Assembly (NCBI RefSeq): GCF_006345805.1
Contig: NC_042999.1
Span: 64,046,001-64,110,000, forward strand
Direction: 5' to 3'
Source: Octopus sinensis
Taxonomy: Eukaryota
Length of the DNA stretch: 64,000 bases
Within the stretch, counting starts at the first letter, position 1, and each line of letters starts with the position of its first letter. A model generated the notes under the pieces. It saw only the letters and a program-made list of their open reading frames with translations. It made no database searches and was not told where the DNA came from. Both the position numbers and the translations under genes were made by a program. Positions 1-10,132 of the stretch are shown piece by piece.

Positions 1-102
1 ACATTTCTGTGTTATAGAATTAACTACACTAGTTGAAATCCACGTGGTCACTCGACCCGCTAGAAATAGCAGCCAAATCCCATTCAATCTATATTCTGCT
101 GT

Positions 103-642
103 TCTTTATTCTTTTACTCGTTTCAGTATTTTTAACTGCGACCATGTTGGGGCACCGTCTTGAAGGGTTTTGGTCGAACAAATCGACCCCAGGATTTATC
201 AATTTAGGTCTGGTATTTATTCTATCGGCCTCTTTTGCCGAACCGCTAGGTTACGGGGACGTAAACACACCAACACCGGTTGTCAAGCGGTGATGGAACA
301 AACACGAGATAGACACAGACAGACAGACAAACAGACACACACACACACAAACACACACACACAAACACACACATACGCACATATATATCGTTTGCTATTA
401 TGGAAAAGTGTCGTATGTCCAAAACGTTGCTTTTTCAGAAATCGAAAAAATAGTTCCACCATTCCATAGCCAAACCGCTGTACTGCACTTTGGCAAATTT
501 TGATATCTTGGCATCTAAAGCAGCTAGAGATACGATAGTTTAATCAAAAGAACCGGCTATTGCAAACAAAAATAAATAGCGAAAACAAAAAACGCATTTG
601 GCCAAATGTGGGCATACGACAATATAATATAATAGCAACGAA

Positions 643-687
<45 letters not shown>

Positions 688-844
688 ACACGACGGGCTT
701 CTTTCAGTTTCCGTCTACCAAATCCACTCACAAGGCTTTGGTCGGCCCGAGGCTATAGAAGATACTCGCCCAAGGTGCCACGCAGTAGGACTGAACCCGG
801 GACCATGTAGTTGGTAAGCAAGCTACTTACCACACAGCCACTCC
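103..844 (-). mobile_element. tRNA-derived SINE family A, interrupted by a MITE at 388-641
   Basis: Reverse complement of the family A consensus: head AGGAGTGGCTGTGTGGTAAG...GGTTCAGTCC (A/B boxes), CCTTGGGCAAG core-like block, internal (TA)/(CA) microsatellite, tail CCAGCATGGCCGCAGTCAAATGACTGAAAC. Same organisation in >20 copies in the window. Confidence 0.9.
388..641. mobile_element. MITE-like element with ~33 bp imperfect terminal inverted repeats
   Basis: Left end TCGTTTGCTATTAT...GTCGTATGTCCA matches the reverse complement of right end TGGGCATACGAC...ATAATAGCAACGA. It sits in the SINE's TA tract. Confidence 0.6.
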
Positions 845-1384
845 AACACTTTTCATAGATTTCAGCATGAAAATCACCGATAAAACTAGTGTATTGAAGA
901 AAAATACCTTTTGCTTTTGAATACACCCAGAGTAACACACGCACTTTCGTGTCTCCCTCATAGTCAGATGAGCAATAAATGCATAGTTTTCTCGTTTTAA
1001 CAAATTGTAACGAACGATGTTAGTACTTGTTGTTCACGAAATACGATCTATTATACATTAAATAAAATATTTGAATGATTCACAAACACACGCATCACTG
1101 TCAGTTAGAAATGAGGTGATGCATCACCCTTCCTTCACTGTAACTACTACTTGTGTCTGCTGTTTTCAACTACCAACACATCCACCAGAAATTTGACCAA
1201 CTTCCACACCAAACAGTCACTTAACCTCTCACCCTTCGCAAAATTAAACAAATGCCTGATGTAGCAATGGCCGTTTTTGAGTCAAATGTACACCAACGAA
1301 CAAGCTTGCACACCAGTCTGCACACATACACTCAAAGATGTAGGCGCTGGTGTCAAGAGTTGTGTATGTTTATCATTCAAATGT

Positions 1385-1686
1385 TTATGTTGTTCCTTCT
1401 CAAGCCACGCCTGGCTCATTAGGGCCGGTTTCCCGGTTTCTTTGGCGTATAGGTTCCCCACCTGGACGAGACGCCGGTCCGTTGCAGGTGACCTGCAAGA
1501 TGCAGGAGGAAAGAGTGAGAGAAAGTTTTGGCGAAAACATCAGCAGAAGTTCGCCATTACCTTCTGCCGGAGCTGCGTGGAGCTTAGGCTTTTCGCTCAT
1601 AAACACACACATCGCCCGGTCTTAGATTCGAACCCGCGAACCCTCGACCGCGTGTCCGCTGCTCTAACCACTAGGCCATGTGCCTC
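1385..1686 (-). mobile_element. tRNA-derived SINE family C (tail type 1)
   Basis: Minus strand reads GAGGCACATGGCCTAGTGGTTAGAGCAGCGGAC...GGGTTCGAATC (A/B box). Near-identical copy on + at 18131-18425. Confidence 0.9.
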
Positions 1687-1854
1687 CACAAATGTTTATA
1701 TAGCATGACTGAATTAGCTTTGTATATGCATGAGAAGAGAATAATAAGGTGCATTTACGGCAGTTGACTTTCCACAGGGTATGCTTACAAACTATCGCCT
1801 TACTACGTTTATGTATGTGTGTGTGTTGTGTGTATGAGAGTAATATGCAAATTA

Positions 1855-1977
1855 GTTGTTTCAAATTTTAGTACAAGGCCAGCAATTTCGGGGAGGGGTG
1901 AGTCAGTTATATCGACTTCAGTTTTTAACTGGTGTTTATTTTATCAACTCGGAAAGGATAAAAGGTAAAGTCGACTT
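1855..1977 (-). mobile_element. SINE family B 3' fragment
   Basis: Carries the family B block GTCGACTTTGCCTTTCATCCTTTCGGGGTCGATAAAATAAGTACCAG (degenerate) and the AAATTGCTGGCCTTGT tail. Confidence 0.8.
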
Positions 1978-2073
1978 CGGAATCTTGGGGTTAGTAGCCC
2001 GCGCTCTTAACCACTACGCCATATACCCGTGGGCAATTATGGATTCCGATTTCGATTCCAACCAGTGACCTGG

Positions 2074-2106
<33 letters not shown>

Positions 2107-2303
2107 TAATAATAATAATGATAATAGCATCAAAAAATTCCTTAGGAACGAGAACCCAGGTTCGAAATTTCCCCAAGACACCTGATGAAGGCTGGAGGGT
2201 ATATCAGCCGAAACGCTGTGTTAATAACAAACAAAATGAGGACAAATATTCGTCGAATGTAAATAATGTACATAACTCCTCATCTCTTAAATATAGAACT
2301 GTA
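1978..2303 (+). mobile_element. tRNA-headed element with (TAA)n spacer and a hammerhead-containing, Penelope-like tail; 5' part inverted
   Basis: 1978-2034 on minus gives A box TGGCGTAGTGG plus an anticodon-like arm. 2041-2060 on plus gives a B-box-like ATTTCGATTCC. (TAA)n at 2074-2125. CTGATGA-A-GGCTG-loop-CAGCC-GAAAC at 2182-2214. Confidence 0.6.
2182..2224 (+). ncRNA. Hammerhead ribozyme core motif (minimal, Penelope-type)
   Basis: Intact CUGAUGA, 5-bp stem II (GGCUG/CAGCC), GAAAC, then GUU. Stems I/III are not clearly closed in the monomer, so activity is unproven. Confidence 0.55.
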
Positions 2304-2358
2304 TTTCTAATTCAATCCACTGTACTATTCTCTCCAGCGCCACTCTCTTCCCTCACCA

Positions 2359-2560
2359 GTCTCGCACTACGCCGTCGTTCTCTTCTGTCTCGCTCTACAC
2401 CCCCGCTCTATTCTACCCAATCTCGCACTACGTCGCCATTTCGATCTTTCGTCTCGCATTACGGCACCGCTTTATTCCCTTTCGTCTCGCACTACGTCAC
2501 CACTCTGTTCTGTCAAGTCTCGCACTACGACACCCTCTGCTGCCGAGTTTCACACTACAC
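2359..2560 (+). repeat. Degenerate ~30-33 bp minisatellite with GTCTCGCACTAC core
   Basis: Seven copies of GTCTCGCACTAC-like 12-mers separated by mutually related pyrimidine-rich segments. Confidence 0.75.
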
Positions 2561-3149
2561 CGCATCAGTCTTATTCTGGTTCTTGTCTTGCCCAATATCG
2601 CTGCCCTATTCTCACACTCCATCATAGCCTCTCTCTCTTCTGTCTCTACCCTCATATCATGCCGCCACCCTATCCTGTATTCTGCTGGTTGAATCGAGGT
2701 GTCTCGTGTATATTTTGCTTGTAGGTAGAAAAATATCCTCCATAGTGTATTTTGTTGGATGAAATATCCTAACAAGAAAGTTCCAACTTGGTTTCTTGAT
2801 CTGCTAGAAATAGCTGCCAAATTTTCCTCAAATCATTGCCTAATGCGAGACTAGATAGCATAAAGCGGCAGTGGAGGATAACGTGATACAGACTAAAGCG
2901 GAGGTGAGGGTGAGAGTAGAGAGAATAGAGCAGCGATGAGGTCAGAAGTAGAGAAGAGGGCGAGATCAGACAGAATAGAATGGTTGTGTGTGTGAGTGGG
3001 GGGGGGGAGAATCGGGTGGAGACCGAGAGTAAACAGAATCGAGAGTAAGCAAAATGGAGCGGCGTTGGAGGGTGAGAGGTGACAGAATAAGCGGCGTTGA
3101 AGGTCGATACTAGACAGATATCAGGAGGAAAAAAAGAGCAAGAAGAACT

Positions 3150-3182
<33 letters not shown>

Positions 3183-3864
3183 AAAAAACAAACAAAATCT
3201 CGCAAGACAATGCAGTTAAAGGATAATGTAGTTAGTCATACGAAAATACGAAATAACCAAGACTTGAAACAACAATTTTGATCAAATATTTACTTTATCA
3301 GAGCAGACATACGAGGTAAAAACAAAAACGACACTGTTAGAACAGGCGGTTGACAATATATCAAGACACATCACCAGACAAAGCAAGCACGCGCGCGCAC
3401 ACGCACACACACACACACACACACAAGCATGTGTAAGTCTAAATTTATGTCGACTGCCTGATATCACCAGCTGGCACATGTTTTTAATGATGAGTACACA
3501 CAACTTAAGATCTAATGAGCAATATTATAACGAGCGGTGATCTAAAACTGGACACCGCACTGAGGTTATGAGTCAGTCAACTATGACATATCGTAGACCG
3601 TTAATGACACACTAACCTATATATATATGATAGTTATATTTCATGTGAGCTGAATGAAGACCAGTAAGAAGACCACAAGGTAGACTCATTACTTGAGACC
3701 AATATAGATGTTATTACTGGTACTAGCATACACGTGCACTAAAAATATAACGACACTCATTAAGGAGAGAAAAATGGTGTATCTATTTAAAACAACGAAA
3801 GAAACAATAGGTAGCCTTAACCTTTCTATCTGAAAGGTTTTTAACCCAATATTTACATGCTGTT

Positions 3865-3992
3865 ATTTATAGCGGGTTTTACGTTACCCCCGATATACTG
3901 AGTAGACCGCGATATAAATTTACATATATTAGTCAGAAAAATTCGCAATGTACTGAGTGCATGATAGGTGAACCGCGATAAGACGAGGGATT
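3865..3992. mobile_element. Possible terminal fragment of a Tigger/pogo-like DNA transposon
   Basis: End GGTGAACCGCGATAAGACGAGGGATTACT resembles a reversed CAGTAATCCCTCG-type TIR. The other end was not found. Confidence 0.35.
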
Positions 3993-4207
3993 ACTCTTTT
4001 ACTTGTTTCAGTCATTTGACTGTGGCCATGCTGGAGCAACGCCTTTTAGTCGAGGAAATCGACCCCAGGACTTATTCTTTGTAAGCCTAGTACTTATTCT
4101 ATCGGTCTCTTTTGCGCAATCGCTAAGTAACAGGGATGTAAACACACCAGCATCGGTTGTCAGGTGATGTTGGGAGGGGGGGGCAAACACAGACACAAAC
4201 ATATACG

Positions 4208-4254
<47 letters not shown>

Positions 4255-4421
4255 TTATATATACGACGGGCTTCTTTCAGTTTCCGTTTACCAAATCCAC
4301 TCACAAGGCTTTGGTTGGCCCGAGGCTATAGTAGAAAACATTTGCCCAAGGTGCCACATAGTAGGACTGAACCCGGAACCATGTGGTTAGTAAGCAATCT
4401 ACTTACCACACAGCCACTCCT
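3993..4421 (-). mobile_element. SINE family A, full length
   Basis: Complete head, core, microsatellite and tail in reverse orientation. Confidence 0.92.
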
Positions 4422-4435
4422 ATAATCTTATATCA

Positions 4436-5141
4436 TTAGACTGCGGCCATGCTGGTGCACCTCCTTGAATTTGTAGTCGATTGAATCAACCCCAGTACTT
4501 ATTTTTTAAGCCTGGTACTTATTCTATTGGGCGAACCGCTAAGTTACGGGGTCGCAAACACGCCGGCACCGATTGTCAAGCGGTGGTGGGAAACAAACAC
4601 AGACACAAAGACACACACACATATACAACGGACTTCTTTCTGTTTCCATCTACGAAATTCACTCACGAGGCTTTGGTCGGCCCGAGGCTATAGTAGACAC
4701 ACTTGCCCAAGGTGTCACGTAGAGGGACTGAACCCGGAACTATGTAGATAGGAAGCTCACTTCTTGCATGGTGAGGAGCTTGCTTCTCAGCCACATAGTT
4801 CAGTCTCACTGCGTGACACCTTGGGCAAGTGTCTTCTACTATAGTCTCAGGCCGACCAAAGCCTCGTGAGTGAATTTCGTAGGTGGAAACTGAAAGAAGC
4901 CAGTGTGTGCGTGCGTGTGTGTGTGCGTGCACGTGTGTGTGTTTATCACCCACTACCGCATGACAACCAGTGATGGTCTGTTTATGTACCCGTAACTTAG
5001 GGGTTCGACAAGGTGATCGATAGAATAAGTACAAGTCTTAAAAGTAAGTTCTGGGGTAGATTCGTTCGATTAAAATTTCTTCAAGGCGGTGCCCCAGCAT
5101 GACCCCAGTCTAATGACGGAAACAAGTGAAAGATGAAAGAT
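4436..5141. mobile_element. Two diverged family A SINEs head-to-head (4436-4770 minus; 4765-5141 plus)
   Basis: Both contain the core and tail blocks. The plus copy has tail variant GGCGGTGCCCCAGCATGACCCCAGTCTAATGACGG with GATGAAA repeats. Confidence 0.8.
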
Positions 5142-5156
5142 TTATATTTATTTGTC

Positions 5157-5338
5157 ACTTAAATGTGGCTAACCCTGAAGGGTGGATGTTACATATCAGG
5201 TTGAAAATGGGAAGGATGGCTTCCCTTTGCAAATACTGATAGGGCACAGAAAGTGTGTCAATAGCCAGTAGAGGATGTGTCCTCCTGAGGCTACAAACTA
5301 CAGTAGCATCCACCCTTAAGGGTTAGCCACATTTAAGT
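5157..5338. mobile_element. MITE, short relative of the 59941-60532 foldback element
   Basis: 36-bp TIRs (5157-5192 and 5303-5338, 2 mismatches). The right portion aligns by eye to the arm of the 60 kb palindrome. Confidence 0.8.
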
Positions 5339-5418
5339 TGCAAATATACTTCACGATGTCGTGCAGCTACTGTGTATACCTCGCTCAGAGATTTATTATT
5401 GACCTATATATATATATA

Positions 5419-5619
5419 GTCGCCATGATAGATCGTTAGCCACTACACACATTTTTTCTCTCCTTGTTTCTCTCTTTGTTTTTTTCTGTGTCCCTTTGTG
5501 TAGAAGAGAGTAGGCTCGAAACGTAAAAGACTTTTTCTGTTCCTGAGCATTATACTAATACATCTGTTTGTTTTCTACAACACCTGTCTTCCTCTTTTGT
5601 TCTTTTCGTAAACCCTCCC
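5419..5619 (+). mobile_element. Penelope-like terminal fragment inserted in (TA)n, with a hammerhead-like motif
   Basis: Flanked by TA repeats on both sides. Contains TGTAGA-AGAG..GCTC-GAAACGTA. Second copy on minus at 45549-45723. The Penelope assignment is inferred from motif layout. Confidence 0.5.
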
Positions 5620-5674
<55 letters not shown>

Positions 5675-5950
5675 TGTGTGTGTGCGTGTGTGTATGTGTG
5701 TGTGTGTGTATAGCCTCCGGCCGACCAAACCCTTCTGAGTGGATTTGGAACACGGAAACTGAAAGAAGCCCGTCGTATATATGTATATATATTATTGAAG
5801 TAGATAAATGAATTATCTTATTACGGATAATTCAAATGATAACCGATACCTGGGTAGCAAAAATCACAACAGAAAAAGCACGGTTGCGGTTACGACCATG
5901 GGGCCTAAAATCCGTGCCTTAGTGCGGAAATTTGAAGTTTTATATATTTA

Positions 5951-6179
5951 GTGTAGGAAGAAATGGAGCTGAACGAAGATTTAACAAAATTCCTTTTTAT
6001 TATTTTCTACATATGTTTCAAAGGCTGCAAAGTCCCTAATTCGGATTGAATAAGGAGTCCATTTTGCAGCCTTCTCTTTAGGAAAATCCAGGAACTTAAT
6101 TCTCCAACTCTTTGAAACATATGTAGAAAATAATAAAAAGGTATTTTGTTAAATCTTCGTTCAGCTCCATTTCTTCCAA

Positions 6180-6182
<3 letters not shown>
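5951..6182. mobile_element. MITE with 73-bp TIRs and TA flanks
   Basis: 5951-6023 is the reverse complement of 6110-6182 with 2 mismatches. TA on both sides. Confidence 0.85.
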
Positions 6183-6257
<75 letters not shown>

Positions 6258-6269
6258 TATATATTATAA

Positions 6270-6800
6270 GTAGAAAAATACAAACTGGGACAAGAACGTA
6301 AAACATTTAGAAGACGATACAAAAAACACGGACAGGACATTCGAAGCCTTCAATCTTCAGTCAAGAACCGGATCATCCTAGCCATTTCGGCTGATTAATC
6401 TTGAGATCGCTCCGATCCGGCCAGCCCCAAGGAAAAACTAAGCTACGAGCATTAGATTTCTTGGAAGAAGGATCGAATGTATACGAAACAGGGACAGAAA
6501 AACGGACGATGCCACACGAATATAAAATACAAAAAACAATAATGGTAAAAACAGGACAAAAACAGTGGGTGTCTTACGACTAATAAACAGTACAAGTTTA
6601 GCTGGCGTATTTGGAAAAAATGCCTTTATCGGCAGACGAAGACAACGATGTTCTCACGGCAGTGGTCGGAGGCCAAAAGGCTGATTTTGACCAGCGGTCA
6701 CTTGAGAAAAGAGAGAGAAAAGAAAGGGGACAAAGGAAACAAAGAGAGAGAGAAAGAGGGACGAAGGCAACAAAGGGGGAAGAAGAGAGAGAAAGAAGGA
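6270..6800 (-). mobile_element. Unclassified TA-inserted element, possibly a Penelope-like end
   Basis: Bounded by (TA)n. Minus strand has GACTGAAGA...TTCGAATGTCC and CAGCCGAAAT. A related layout occurs at 52260-52385. Confidence 0.35.
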
Positions 6801-6820
6801 ATTAATATATATATATATGG

Positions 6821-6872
<52 letters not shown>

Positions 6873-7180
6873 TGCGTCTGTGTTTGTCCCCCCAACATCG
6901 CTTGGCAACGATGCTGGTGTGTTTACGTCCCCGTAACTTAGCGGTTCGGCAAATTAGACCGATAGAATAAGTACTAAGCTTACAAAGGATAAGTCCTGGG
7001 GTCGATTTGCTCGACTGAAGGCGATGCTCCAGCATGGACGCAGTCAAATGACTGAAACAAGTAAAAAGAGTACAGAGTATTGTGTAATGTTGTTTAAAAT
7101 AAAAACAAACAAAATGTGAAAAATACTAAAATCACGGAAATTGGTAGTAACAAATTCGGGTGGGAGAGAACGACCGGATA

Positions 7181-7575
7181 TCTTTATATATAAAAGTAAG
7201 GTTGTGTGTTTGTCTCCTACGATTTAGATTCCTAACTACTCCCACATTTTGCGGTGCAGTTTAACCAAAACCGGGTATCTTATAGTCGTGATTCATATCG
7301 AGCCCTTCTGGGTATTAGCGCGCGTCTACGATGAGTCTACGATTTAAAAAAAAATTTACCATCAATTTTTCCCATTTTTAATGCATTTTTGGCATATATA
7401 AGGGAAGTAACTCTCTAAAAATTTATTAATAAATCTCAGAACGTAAAAAGCTACAGTAAACCCCCCCACCTTTGTGGTTAGCCATATTGAGATGGCTATT
7501 ATACTTTACATCTTTAAAAATGCTTATATAGTTATTTCCCTTACAAACCCGAGCAACGCCGGGCGATACTGCTAG
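7181..7575 (+). mobile_element. Complete non-autonomous Helitron
   Basis: Starts with TC after an A. Ends with a CCCG-AGCAACGC-CGGG hairpin (7548-7563) then CTAG, followed by T. No TSD. These are the standard Helitron termini. Confidence 0.9.
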
Positions 7576-8102
7576 TTCCTATTAAAAAAAAATTTTGAAT
7601 AATCTATATACGCCCAAACGTATCTCTGCAAAATCTCATTAAAAAAGTACGCTGTTTTTAGATATTTATGAGGAAAACAAAGTCGACAGGGTTACCAAAA
7701 CTATAGGTGTGCCGAAACATTTTTTGGTTTCCCGACTTAATTTCCTCATATTTCTCTTCAATATGCGTATTTTTATTGAAGCGCAGAAGAAATAGATTTT
7801 GGTGAGTATAGATTGCGATTTTGTTGATAAAATTCGGAAAAGAATCCTAAAGTTGAGGAAATTTGTGATAACAAAATCGGATGAGGAAAAGGACGATCTG
7901 AAACTCACCCATATAGTATTTTTTTTTTTTAGAAAGGCATATATAATGCACACCCACGAAAACACATTTCTACAAAATTTCATTTTAAAATGTGGATTTG
8001 AAATAGAGTTATGTGAAAACAGATTCGAGTGAAGGAACATGATCTGACGCTCCCTCATAAAAGTTAACCTACGGGAACGGCTATATGATAAACTAGCTCG
8101 CA

Positions 8103-8670
8103 TTGCCCAAAGTGCCACGCAGTGGGACTGAACCCGGAACCATATGGTTCGTAAGCAAGCTACTTACCACACAGTCACTCCTGCGTAGATTTTTATTAGT
8201 GGCTGTGTGGTAAGTAGCTTGCTTACGAACCATATGGTTCCGGGTTCAGTCCCACTGTGTGGCACTTTGGGCAAGTGTCTTCTACTACCGCCTCGGGCCG
8301 ACCAACGCCTTGTGAGTGGATTTGGTAGACGGAAACTGAAAGAAGCCCGTCGTATTTATGTATATATATATGTGTGTGTGCGTGTGTGTTTGCGTGTATG
8401 TGTTTGTGCGTGTGTGTGTGTGTGTGTGTTTGTGTGCGTATGTGTGTGTGTGCGTGTGTGTGTTTGTGTGTTTGTGTATGTCCCCCCAACATCGCTTGAC
8501 AACCGATGCTGGTGTGTTTACGCTCTCGTAACTGAGCGGTTCGGCAAAAGAGACCGATAGAATAAGGACTAAGCTTACAAAGAATGAGTCCTGGGGTCGA
8601 TTTGCTCAACTAAAAAGGTGGTGCTCCAGCATGGCCGCAGTCAAAATGACTGAAACAAGTAAAAGCATAT
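8103..8670 (+). mobile_element. SINE family A (8198-8670, +) preceded by an inverted copy of its own head (8103-8179)
   Basis: 77-bp arms with 2 mismatches and an 18-bp spacer. Full SINE on plus. Confidence 0.9.
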
Positions 8671-8734
8671 AAGAATATAAGGCCTGATATAGTGGCTTAA
8701 ATACCTGGCAATGTAACTCATTGGAAACACAGCC

Positions 8735-9130
8735 CTTGCTTCTTGCTTCATGCACTTGTTTGACGACACTGAGGTCATCACAGATTAGTGGACCCAGAGG
8801 AGTGATCGTACGTAGAGTCGACCGAGTCCACCTGTACTCCCCCTAGCTGGCAGTCCTATGTCAGCCCCACTGCATCCTCCGAGACGACGTCGAGCCTCTG
8901 GAAGTATTCCTTAATCACGTACAGCCATCTGATGCGGAGCCTGCCTCAGAGCCTGCCATGGGGCCTCTTCCAGTTCGTGGGTGGTGCGTCAAACGAGGGT
9001 AAGGCTCTGGTTGGATGATCTGGCGGGAGGTGGAAGACATGTCCGTACCAATGTATGCGGTGGGTAGCTAGGAGGTGGGAGGCTGCGGGCTGATACGTGC
9101 GTGCACGCAGATGATCAATGTTTAGAAAGT
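8735..9130 (-). pseudogene. RTE-clade LINE ORF2 C-terminal/3' fossil
   Basis: Minus translation QPAASHLLATHRIHWYGHVFHLPPDHPTRAL...WKRPHGR...RIRWLYVIKEYF matches the RTE RLRWxGHV...RPxGRPxxRW pattern. Contains stops and a short internal duplication. Confidence 0.75.
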
Positions 9131-9231
9131 TACAGGGATGCAGAAAGCATGCTCACCTGTAATATGAAAGAATACCGGTAGAGACCTCTACCGGTATTAT
9201 AATGATCTGAAACAAATAAAAAGAGTTTTAT

Positions 9232-9546
9232 TTATTATTTTATTCATGCGCCCTTTTCAAACCCAGCCAGGCTCATGGGCCCGGTTTCCCGGTTTCTGTG
9301 GCGTATCTGTCCCCCCCCCCCACCAGCTGGACGGGACGCCAGTCCATCACAGCGTTACTCAAGAAACAAGAAGAAAGAGTGAGAGAAAGTTGGGGCGAAA
9401 GAGTACAACAGGGATCGCCACCACCCCCTGACAGAGCCTCGTGGAATTTTAGGTATTTTCGCTCAATAAACACACACAACGCCCGGTCTGGGAATCGAAA
9501 CAGCGATCCACTGACCGCGGATCCGCTGCCCTAAACATTGCGCCTC
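9232..9546 (-). mobile_element. SINE family C (tail type 2)
   Basis: Same tRNA head and CT-rich middle as 1385-1686. The distal tail is related but distinct and ends in an A-rich (AATAA-like) repeat. Confidence 0.85.
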
Positions 9547-9579
9547 CACATCAAATGGTAACATAATGTTATAGATAAA

Positions 9580-9810
9580 AGAGCAAGAAAACACTCTAAG
9601 ACGGACGAATGAGAAATCTGTTGGTACCAGACCCGAGGTACAAGTTTATATTTGTGATCATCGGGGCGCTTGGTTATGCAATAGTTTCAGTGCCTGATTT
9701 CGAAAAGTTTGGTTTCATAAAACCAGAAAAGATACGGACCAATAAAAAATTACAATTACAATCCAATAATGGAACTAGGAAAATATGTAAAACATTCCTG
9801 AAGTTTAATC
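9580..9810 (+). pseudogene. C-terminal fragment of a restriction-like-endonuclease LINE (R4/NeSL-type)
   Basis: Translation MRNLL..PRYKFIFVIIGALGY...LQLQSNNGTRKICKTFLKF resembles the (P)VIIGALG...GT C-terminus of RLE LINEs and parallels the end of the 22690-23950 ORF. Confidence 0.5.
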
Positions 9811-9880
9811 TGTATTGTGTACACATACACACTTATAAATATTCAAAAAGATGTACATGTTTATAAACATACGACGCACA

Positions 9881-9919
<39 letters not shown>

Positions 9920-10050
9920 ACACACACACACACATACGTAAAGTCGAAATGTACAAGACTATCTCGGTGTCGTCGTCTAGATTCCAATAAAAGATAGAAC
10001 GTTGTTTCACAGCTGGAAACCAACTCTTACTCAATTGAAGGGAGAAATTT

Positions 10051-10132
<82 letters not shown>

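Larger units (their letters stand above)
5708..7078 (+). mobile_element. SINE family A split by ~1 kb of nested insertions in its internal TA tract
   Basis: The 5' part (5708-5795) ends in GCCCGTCGTATATATG. The 3' part (6810-7078) resumes with (TG)n-GTCTGTGTTTGTCCCCC and runs to the full tail. Confidence 0.85.

Noticed and set aside
33-944. ORFs such as MSGFGRRKLKEARR and MVEQIDPR (recurring at 4008, 8207, 31591 and others)
   Set aside because: They are translations of SINE A bodies and their microsatellites.
2359-2560. CRISPR-like repeat/spacer pattern
   Set aside because: The repeat is only 12 bp and degenerate, the spacers are related to each other, there are no cas genes, and the context is eukaryotic.
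7666-8118. 150-aa ORF, possible transposase remnant (GGTTTCCCGAC motif near 7727)
   Set aside because: No recognisable domain and no second terminus. It cannot be supported without a search.
9150-9198. Minus-strand recursive splice-like motif TTTCATATTACAG|GTGAGC and an adjacent 13-bp-arm palindrome
   Set aside because: There is no evidence for a minus-strand gene here, and such motifs are expected by chance in 64 kb.
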